Assembly: GCA_963779615.1 (NCBI GenBank)
Contig: CAVZZA010000003.1
Coordinates: 640,001-704,000, forward strand
Direction: 5' to 3'
DNA: 64,000 nt
From: an uncultured Nitrososphaeraceae archaeon
GTDB taxonomy: Archaea > Thermoproteota > Nitrososphaeria > Nitrososphaerales > Nitrososphaeraceae
The notes under the pieces are model-generated. The model searched no databases. It was given only the letters and a program-made list of their open reading frames with translations, and was not told the origin of the DNA. Position 1 is the first letter of the stretch, and the number at the start of each line of letters is the position of its first letter. Below, piece by piece: positions 55,658 through 64,000 of the stretch. Position numbers and translations under genes: made by a program.

Positions 55658-56304
55658 ATGTGATTAAAACATTTAATATTTTTGCTGTTTTATTTTTTTA
55701 TCAATGGTTTTTAATGAAAATATTTTGTGGAGTGCGGATATTCATTATGTTATCAGGTAAACTATCATATCCATTAACATATCAAATATTATAAAAACGT
55801 GATTGGCATTTGGGTCAATACTGGCAACAACACTATTGATTTATCCATTCATGTTTTTTTATGCAAGCAGGTCTTTACTATTTTTTTGCTTGTTATTTTA
55901 TTTTCGAAAATACCTTTTTCTTTTCAGGATAAATACTAAATTTTTTGCAATGAAAATTTTTCAATTCATCTCAAAATTTTTATCTTGAAAAAGAGAGTTA
56001 TAACAACAAAATACAATATTGATTTAAAGATATGCTAAATCGTTTAATACTAAAAAATTGTACAATACCTGCATTTGTGGCTGATTCGCATTAAGGGCTT
56101 GCTAAAAACAGTGGATCATTTTATAGAACAGCAAAAAAAGAACAAGTAATTTGCATTTCCAACAACTAGTTTTTCGCTAAAGGAATGACCAGCCTTATCC
56201 GATTATAAAACACCCTCATCCAGGCCTCAATTTATCCATTAAAATAATTATCAGTATTGTTTTAGGTGCATCAATATTGACTTTCATGATAAATCACAAT
56301 CCTT

Positions 56305-56451
56305 TTAATGAAATTTAGTTTTGGTGTGAAATTTGCAGTAGTCAGATTCAACCATGTCAAAGCTATTCGAATCAAACTCCATTTTACAGCCGCATGATAA
56401 AGTTAATAAATTACCATTCCATTTGTAGGTTCCTTCATCCATATTTTCCAT
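56305..56451 (-). CDS. small putative zinc-binding protein (48 aa)
   Basis: MENMDEGTYKWNGNLLTLSCGCKMEFDSNSFDMVESDYCKFHTKTKFH with CxC...CxxH ligand set; below the track cutoff. Confidence 0.55.
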   Translation of the reverse strand: MENMDEGTYKWNGNLLTLSCGCKMEFDSNSFDMVESDYCKFHTKTKFH

Positions 56452-56915
56452 TTTATGACACCGACCTCAATCAATTATTTAAGAAAACAATGCATTTTAA
56501 GCATTATTAAAAAATAGTTTATTCAGAGAATATAAACACATAAAATCTCATCCATGACAAATTTGCGTATAGTTGGCATATTCGGTAGTTATAAGAAAAT
56601 CTTTTGGTGTGTCTCTAAGTATAAACATCAGCCATCGCAAAAGCACCTTTATACTCTTAAATAACTGTTTTTATAGACAATGTATTTTTTCATAACTTTT
56701 GTATTGATCTATTCCATCTTAAGTTAAAGAACCAACTTTGTTTCATGCATACGAAGATAATAAAAAGAAAATGACAAGAAATATACAATACTGTAAATTA
56801 GCTTTAATTTAATATATAAATAAGTTTGAATAAAAAATGAGATAGCGTATAAAAGTATAATCTCAAAGATCTTTTTGATATCCCAAATTAAAAAGGATAA
56901 GCAGGCATTAAACAA

Positions 56916-57614
56916 TTATGGAGGAACAATAATATTGTAAACATTCTCTTGCCTAAAATCATTCAATGAAGTTGAAGTTGGCTCGGTGGAGCCCGAAAAT
57001 TTTAAAATGTGAGTGCCGGGTGACAATGAGGTCACATACGAAAAATGTCCATCGCTGGCCGAATGGCTCTTCATTGGTACACCGGTGCCGAAAATGTTAT
57101 TGCCGGGTAATGTAAAATTAAAGATATCTGTCGCTATTCTAATAACTGGCAAGGGATTACCATCTAATGAAGCTTTCAAGCCCTTTGCCATGTCCTGAAA
57201 AGTTTTTGCACATTTTTTTAACCCTTCATCAGATTTAATAGAAGGATATTCGATAGGCGAACATTCTGAATTTAAAATGGGGAAAAATAGTGGTTTATCT
57301 TTAGGTACTACGCATTCTCTATTCACCAAAGAACCATCAAATGAGCCAATAAGGAAAAAAACTGGACCATTTTGACCCTGTGAACAATTTACTCCTGTTT
57401 TATCTACACCGGGATTTTTATCCATGGGTAAATAGTATGCCCATTGCCACCACGACTTTGCCAATTCTTCAAGCGTATTTTGATCATTAAAGTCAATCCC
57501 AATATTCTTTGATGAAGTTTTTGTGGTAATGTTTTGGCCATAAACATAATCAAATTGAGAATACAACAAAGATAACCCAGAAAAGAGCATAAATACGACA
57601 ATGATGATTTTCAT
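56916..57614 (-). CDS. secreted 4-Cys protein, paralog B (paralog of 31390..32145)
   Basis: Signal peptide; SWWQW, CSQGQNGPVFFL, RECVV..ECS, LKKCA, KASLDG, PGTHILKF. Confidence 0.85.
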   Translation of the reverse strand: MKIIIVVFMLFSGLSLLYSQFDYVYGQNITTKTSSKNIGIDFNDQNTLEELAKSWWQWAYYLPMDKNPGVDKTGVNCSQGQNGPVFFLIGSFDGSLVNRECVVPKDKPLFFPILNSECSPIEYPSIKSDEGLKKCAKTFQDMAKGLKASLDGNPLPVIRIATDIFNFTLPGNNIFGTGVPMKSHSASDGHFSYVTSLSPGTHILKFSGSTEPTSTSLNDFRQENVYNIIVPP

Positions 57615-57784
57615 GATATGTTTTATTTTATTTCATCTAATTAAGTTTAATCTATCTTTAATTACAAGAAAATACAATTACAAACAAATGTTAATTTACA
57701 GTACAAACAATAGAATTTTTTTTTAAAAACGCATGTAGGTTTTTTAATTTGGTAGAAATATTGATTGTATAGGACAAGAATAAC

Positions 57785-59140
57785 TTGAAAATAGGCAAAA
57801 TCTTTTGGTTCGGTCTTTTCTCCAATTTCAAGTTTTTTTTAACGTCCATGTTAATTTTATTGACAACATTGATCATAGACGTTACATTTATTAAAAACGC
57901 GGATTTTTTTTTGAGAGCAATTGATGATTCTGCTAAAAACATCTTTTTTATAATTCTAAACACTATTTACATTATTTCTCAATCATTAGTTATTTTATGT
58001 TTAATTTGTAAAGTTACGTATAAACCCCATGTTAAATTTTACAGACTATTAAAAAAAACAACTTTAGCAAATCAAGCAGTGCTGATCGGCATAATTGGCG
58101 TGACTTTATTTCAAGTTTATGTATTTTCCCATTATAATACAGCAATACTAACGACATCCATTGCTTCAAGCTACACTCTCTCAATCATTACGATGATAGT
58201 CATTACAGAAAAATTTTGGAGATGGTTTAGGTTCAATAAAAAAAACAGATCGTTATTAATGTACGCTATAGCAACTTTATCAATTTCAATAAACCTGATT
58301 ATAACACTTTGTTTTGTCTTAAGCGTAGTCAATAGCTGGAACCCAATATCACCTTCTTTTAGGGGAACTACATCGATTTATATCATTAGCGGGTCCTTAA
58401 GCGATAATTTACACTATTATCAGTCTTTAACTTTAATAATCTCATTTAGTTTGACATGGTATGCCACATTAACCGTCTTTTTTAAACAAATAGTGAAGAG
58501 AAATAAATTATTCCTAATTGTTTTGCTTATACCATTATTATATTTTTTAAGTCAATATATCTCGGCCTTTTATAATTTATTTGCACCACTGATATTAGAA
58601 AGCCCATATGAAAATGGAAGCTTGCTTACCATTATCTTTACACTCAGTAAGCCAGCTGGCGGGATATTGTTTGGACTCGTATTTTGGATTATGTCAAAAA
58701 AAATACCAAAAAAATACCCAGCAAAAGAATATCTTATGCTTACCACATTTGGATTGATTATTTTATTTATTTCAAATCAAGCTGTCTTGTTGACATCGAC
58801 CCCTTTTCCCCCATTTGGTTTAGCATCTGTTTCAGCAGTAGGATTCTCAACTTTCCTGATTTTTATAGGACTATATTTATCAGCAATTTCAATATCTAAA
58901 GATAAAAAATTAAGAAATACGATCAAAAGAATTGCATTACAATATGACGTCAATCTTCTTGAGAATATCGGATCTGCTCAGAGTCACAATGAAATCGAGG
59001 AAAAGGTTGTCAACATTTTGAATGATCAAAAAAACGACGAAAACAGAAATGAAGAAACAGCAACAATAGATTCAAAAGAAGTAAAACAATACATAAATGA
59101 AATTTTAGAGGAAGCAAAAGAAAAAAAATCGCAAAAATAA
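57785..59140 (+). CDS. polytopic membrane protein of unknown function, paralog 3
   Basis: PFPPFGL..LIFIGLYLSA..DKKLR and LLENIGSAQ motifs, helical charged tail; 451 aa like paralog 1. Confidence 0.85.
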   Translation: MKIGKIFWFGLFSNFKFFLTSMLILLTTLIIDVTFIKNADFFLRAIDDSAKNIFFIILNTIYIISQSLVILCLICKVTYKPHVKFYRLLKKTTLANQAVLIGIIGVTLFQVYVFSHYNTAILTTSIASSYTLSIITMIVITEKFWRWFRFNKKNRSLLMYAIATLSISINLIITLCFVLSVVNSWNPISPSFRGTTSIYIISGSLSDNLHYYQSLTLIISFSLTWYATLTVFFKQIVKRNKLFLIVLLIPLLYFLSQYISAFYNLFAPLILESPYENGSLLTIIFTLSKPAGGILFGLVFWIMSKKIPKKYPAKEYLMLTTFGLIILFISNQAVLLTSTPFPPFGLASVSAVGFSTFLIFIGLYLSAISISKDKKLRNTIKRIALQYDVNLLENIGSAQSHNEIEEKVVNILNDQKNDENRNEETATIDSKEVKQYINEILEEAKEKKSQK

Positions 59141-59442
59141 CATACCCAAAATAATCGAATTTACAGAATCTGCAGGGATCATCCATGCGCCATGGCAAGG
59201 GCTTCGGGTTAGCCAATCAATATACCAAATCAGGAATACGGATATGTCAAATGTCCTGTATCCTGTTACAAATCCTTAACCGCTCTCAAATGCAACCATT
59301 ACCTCACAAAAAAGCAACAATATTTTAACAGTCTGGTACATCATCCGTCGCTGAATATTTCATTAAAAATTTTAATATTGCTGTGTTGAACAATGGATAT
59401 ACCAGGTATCCTCATAGACCAAAATATATTCAGTGCCGTTGG

Positions 59443-60267
59443 CTATTCTTGCAACCCTTCTTCAGGCTTATATTCGTTTACCACTTCTGACAACGGTATT
59501 CTTTTTCCACCCACTATCTTTAGGTCCACATCAATCCTGTTGTCTTCCCCAATGTCAATGATGTTGTAAGTGTCTTCAAATACCCCCCTATATCTCCATG
59601 AGCATGCTGTCCCAGCATATGCAATTTTCATTGTTCCTAAATTCCACAACCATGGTCTATGCTTGTGGCCACATATAACTAAATCTACATTGTTTTCAAG
59701 GCAGGTTCTTAGGACATCACCGGCATCGGATATGCCTACAACATTTGTGTATCCAGTATCGGGTATAGCTATTAAGTGGTGATGCATTGCCACAATTTTC
59801 CTAATTTGTCCGCGATCAATATTTTGTTGGTCAATGCTATCATATTTCTTTAGCACCTTATTCAACCACAAGTTCTGTCCATTTCCCACCTCACCCTCAT
59901 CCCTATCGGGTTGCGCAGTTCCAACAGTAGCTACCACCACAGTTTGACGTTTGCCATTGTTCTCATTAAACTCATAAACATTAGAACTGTCCCTATTGGC
60001 AATTGGAAAGAATTTTTTAAAGAGAAGGTAGCCAGTGTGGCGATAGTCATGATTGCCTGGAAATACAATAATATTGTTGCACTTGAGTTTCTGTATTTCA
60101 TTTTTTGCTTGTTCGAATTGAAAAATAAGGCCATCATCAGTCAGGTCTCCCGATATTATAATCACATCGGGTTTAAGATCATTATTTACCTCGTCAACCA
60201 GTTTGTCAAAAGCATCCTGCTTGAATAGGCCCCCTATATGCAAATCGGATATTTGAACAAGTCTCAT
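59443..60267 (-). CDS. calcineurin-like metallophosphoesterase
   Basis: ISDLH, SGDLTD, PGNHD, MHHH, CGHKH; likely start MRLVQISD at 60267. Confidence 0.92.
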   Translation of the reverse strand: MRLVQISDLHIGGLFKQDAFDKLVDEVNNDLKPDVIIISGDLTDDGLIFQFEQAKNEIQKLKCNNIIVFPGNHDYRHTGYLLFKKFFPIANRDSSNVYEFNENNGKRQTVVVATVGTAQPDRDEGEVGNGQNLWLNKVLKKYDSIDQQNIDRGQIRKIVAMHHHLIAIPDTGYTNVVGISDAGDVLRTCLENNVDLVICGHKHRPWLWNLGTMKIAYAGTACSWRYRGVFEDTYNIIDIGEDNRIDVDLKIVGGKRIPLSEVVNEYKPEEGLQE

Positions 60268-60706
60268 ATTGTTATTCTCTAATATAACAAGGAAAATATA
60301 CTTGTACGCATTGTTATAAGTCGATTCTACTTTACGCAATTTTCTATTTGTAGACTTTCAATTCACCATAACAAGATAGGAAGTTGTAGCCAGTTCTTAA
60401 AACCCCAGTTAGGCATTGCATAAATACCCCTATTGTAATTGAGTTGTTAATATGACCAACTTTTGAATTGTTTTTGGAATGCAAATCAGCAGAGGCGTGA
60501 AAATTGAACCTGTTTGCCAACAGAAGAGGCAATACAATTATCCAGATTGTTTGACGATTCCAGATATGAAAGAAATTGCCTAATCTTAAAAAATCATGAA
60601 TAATGGTTCATCCTTTCTAAAGCGGTCAATAATTGTGTTTCAATGTATGTTTTTCATTACAGCCCCTTCGGTCTCAAAAAACAGTCATAATATCCAATCA
60701 ATAACT

Positions 60707-61762
60707 CTACACCTCCGATCCAATTTTTACCAGCATCTTGCCAAAGTTCTCTCCTTTGAATAATCCAGTAAACGCTCGAGGCGCATTTTCCAATCCTTCA
60801 ACTATTGTTTCTTTCCATTTAATCCTCCCTTCTCCAATCCATCTAGCCATTGAGGAATGGAATTCATCTAGCACATTATAATGATCCCTTACAATAAACC
60901 CCTCCAGTCTAAGTCTATTTGTGACAGCAAAAAACATATTTGATGGGCCTATAGGTGGAGATGTAGCATTGTATTGCGATATCATGCCACAAAGAACAAT
61001 TCTCCCAAATGTCTTCATGTTTTCAATGGATGCCTCCAATTGTTTTCCACCAACATTATCAAAATAAAGATCAATTCCCTCCGGGCACCCCTTTTTTAGT
61101 TCTAGAGAAAGGTTGTTTTCGCCTGCATTTTTATAATTGAAGGCATAATCGGTCTTCACCTCATCAAGCAACCACTCCACTTTTTCCTCAGAACCAGCAC
61201 TCCCGACAACATGACATCCTTTTATCTTTGCTATTTGACACGCTACTGAACCTACTGCACCGGATGCAGCTGAGATAAACACCGTGTCCCTGCCTTCATT
61301 TAATCTACCTATCTTCACAAGCCCAACATACGCAGTGAGGCCTGGCATGCCGAGCACACCCAAGAAAGACTGTATTGGAGCAATTGTTGAATCAATTTTC
61401 ATAATGCCATTTCCTCCTAATCCTCCCCCTCCTTTAGAAATCCAATACTCTCGCCATCCAAAGTTCCCAAGAACATACTCCCCATTCTCAAATTGATCAC
61501 TTTTGGACTCTGTAATCTGGCCAACACAGGCACCATCAAGAGGCCCGTGTAATCGGAATGAATCTATATAACTTTTAGTTTCAGCCGGACTCCTCATTCG
61601 CCCCCGCATATACGGGTCTACAGACATCCAAATGTTTCGGACCAAGAATTCACCATCTTTAGGTTCCGGAATTTCCACTTTTACAATCTCAAATATGTCC
61701 TCAGTGGGCATGCCTGTAGGGTATTGCTTTAGGCGTATTTCCTGACCGGTTTTTTGCACCAT
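60707..61762 (-). CDS. NADP-dependent oxidoreductase (PTGR1/CurA-like MDR)
   Basis: SVDPYMRGRM, GMPGLTAY, SAASGAVGS, YFDNVGG, CGMISQY, GENFGKMLV. Confidence 0.93.
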   Translation of the reverse strand: MVQKTGQEIRLKQYPTGMPTEDIFEIVKVEIPEPKDGEFLVRNIWMSVDPYMRGRMRSPAETKSYIDSFRLHGPLDGACVGQITESKSDQFENGEYVLGNFGWREYWISKGGGGLGGNGIMKIDSTIAPIQSFLGVLGMPGLTAYVGLVKIGRLNEGRDTVFISAASGAVGSVACQIAKIKGCHVVGSAGSEEKVEWLLDEVKTDYAFNYKNAGENNLSLELKKGCPEGIDLYFDNVGGKQLEASIENMKTFGRIVLCGMISQYNATSPPIGPSNMFFAVTNRLRLEGFIVRDHYNVLDEFHSSMARWIGEGRIKWKETIVEGLENAPRAFTGLFKGENFGKMLVKIGSEV

Positions 61763-62229
61763 CTACACTAAATGAGTGGCAAATATTTTATTTAACGATT
61801 TTACAGAGGATTAAAATTTAATGGAGAATATCCGAATAGTTTAATGCTCGCTATTTTATATGAGAAAAGATTCTGCTGTCAATTATGGCGGTGTGCATCA
61901 TGCCAAGATATGTTAGTACAATGACAAGATTTTGCCATTTTTTTATACGGCAACCAACCTACTGAAAAAACCCCAATTTGCGGTAAATTAAGACGGGGTT
62001 GTGATGCTGTGAACGCACTGTTGAAATCAAATTATCCTCTGATACTATCTTAACAACCAAATTTTATCACAGGCATGACAATGCTGACCTGCTGAAAAAA
62101 ATTGTTTCAAGCACATCATAAATCAAAACCGGTATGCCTGACAACAGATCGTGTTCTTGGCATACAGCGGCCCTCTTACATAATTATAAAAAACCTATAG
62201 GCCAATCATGCTATAGCATCACTCCGCCC

Positions 62230-62286
62230 TTGACAAAATTTGACGGTTTTTTTGACCGAGTTGACTGAAAAGTTGACGGTTTTGAC
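62230..62286 (+). repeat. six phased TTGAC direct repeats (iteron/operator-like)
   Basis: TTGAC at 62230, 62240, 62252, 62261, 62273 and 62282; mean spacing 10.4 bp. Confidence 0.8.
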
Positions 62287-62337
62287 GGTTTTACAATATG
62301 TTAATAAGCAGAGGTCGTTGTAAGATCAATGTAGGTA

Positions 62338-64000
62338 TTGGACACGTCAAACATTTCGAGCAAATCTCAGGTAATACAGTGTTATTTAAATGGCAAAACA
62401 AGGGAACAAAATGCTCATGAAAACAACGTATCAACAGGCACTGTATCAAACATAATAGAAAACTGGGCCAGAGAAATGGGAATACCAGATATAAATGGGA
62501 TGAGGCAGTTTGCGGTTTTGGTCAAAAAATCTGGTGTTTCCATCAAACAATGTGCGCAAGGCTTTAGAATGGTCAAACTGATGAGCAACTATGGAATTCA
62601 GGTTGAGGACGACACTCAGGATGAATTTGGGTCCTTTGTAAATGGAGTTTATCAAAATTGCAAGGATTTGTCTATCTCACCATCTATTGTACCCTCATGG
62701 ATTAAAGATCTGGTTAACTGCGATTCTTCTGACCCTAACTATTTTTCTTTAGGGAAAAGTGATGCAGAGGGATCACCAAACCATCTAACAATATCAGCAT
62801 CCCCTCAAAAACGGACAAAAATAGACCCGGATTTAGGTTCGGACGCAAATGATGGGTGGAAATCAGACCCTGATGTGAAAATGGATTTATCAAACCCTAA
62901 ACCAAAACAATCTGCCATTCAAATTGAAAAAAAAGCATTATTTGTTTCACAGGTTTCCGGCTTTATCGATCAAAAAGAAAAAAGAATGCAGCCAACTAAA
63001 AAACTACAGGGAAAAACTAACAAGTGATATAAAAGGTCTAGAGTTACAAAAAAATAAAGTAATTGATAGCATAAACAAAGCAAATGAGAAAGAAAAGTTT
63101 GCCATGTCATATCTTGGCTGGTTTAATAGACTGAAAAAAGAGCTATATGACAGGCATTCTATCAAAATGGAAGAAGATATTGAAAGCTTTGCTCAAGTGA
63201 TAAACGATTTTAGAAACCATAGCTATGATGCCATCGAGATAATAAAAGAGTATTCAAGATTACTGTCAGCTAGGCTTGAAATTAAAACAATCCAAGCCGA
63301 CCTTGAGTCACTTCAAAGGCAACATGCAGCATTAAATAACACTTTTTTACATTTGGACTCACAAGTAAAATCCCACCAACAAACAATGAGTAAATATTCT
63401 GAACTTGAGGCCATGAAATTTGGGCTCAAAGAACAAAAGCAATTGTGGCTCACAATTCGAGAGATAGCAGGCGAGAATAAAATTGCATTGGATGAAGCAG
63501 TATCTAAATTTCTAAAGGACATTGAAGAGCAATATGACGATAAACTCGGATTTGAAAATAAAATAAATGAGAAAAAGAATGAGCTTGCTTTATTGAACAA
63601 AGAGATAACAAATAATCGGCAAACATTGCAAATTAACCCATTTGTAGGTTCAAGCTTGTCTCGTCTTTTTCAAAAGGGAGTGAGTGAGCAGGACATTATA
63701 GGCATTAATATACTGGTTGAAGAATGCACAAACAATAGCACTGTTAACACCAATGGTAACCTGGATGCTGGGGGCAACAAAGAAAACTACAGGAATAGCG
63801 ATAATACAAGCAACAGGTTAGAGCAATTGAAGTCATTAGCAGGTGACCTGAAAAAATCTGGAGGGATAAAAGCGGCATTAAAAGAACAGGCAGAGAATCT
63901 AGAGAAACTAGACCACGAAATTCAGGGTCTCAACAAGCAAAAACAGGATCTCATTGCTTATTGTAATGAAGCAATTTCCATCATAAATGATACCAATAAC
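62338..64000 (+). CDS. N-terminal HTH plus long coiled-coil protein, frameshift near 62975, 3' end outside window
   Basis: GKTREQNAHENNVSTGTVSNII HTH; after the A-rich caaaaagaaaaaag a second frame (ECSQLKNYREKLTSDIKGLELQK...) appears open to the window end. Confidence 0.75.

Overview
AT-rich archaeal DNA. Gene content, TATA/BRE promoters with leaderless starts, and IS types point to an ammonia-oxidising archaeon of the Nitrososphaerales (Nitrosocosmicus-like). This is an inference from recognised protein families, not a database match. The window is mostly accessory DNA. It holds four decayed IS5-superfamily elements with recognisable inverted repeats, several pseudogenes and many secreted or membrane proteins. 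Conserved genes include a two-domain multicopper oxidase/ZIP/DtxR operon, aconitase, a Zn-dehydrogenase, MarR-MFS, a two-component pair and a metallophosphoesterase. No rRNA, tRNA or CRISPR array was seen. Main leads: (1) an IS-flanked RiPP-like locus, with an 86-aa precursor carrying an NHLP/Os1348-like leader next to a graspetide-type ATP-grasp ligase that has a leader-like PFLCHF motif at its own N-terminus; (2) a polytopic membrane protein family present three times, twice divergently paired with paralogous 4-Cys secreted proteins and once downstream of the RiPP locus; (3) a eukaryote-like peptide:N-glycanase; (4) a four-blade PLL-type lectin built by recent internal duplication; (5) six helically phased TTGAC repeats upstream of an HTH/coiled-coil gene. 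Several single-base frameshifts in otherwise intact genes may be assembly errors.
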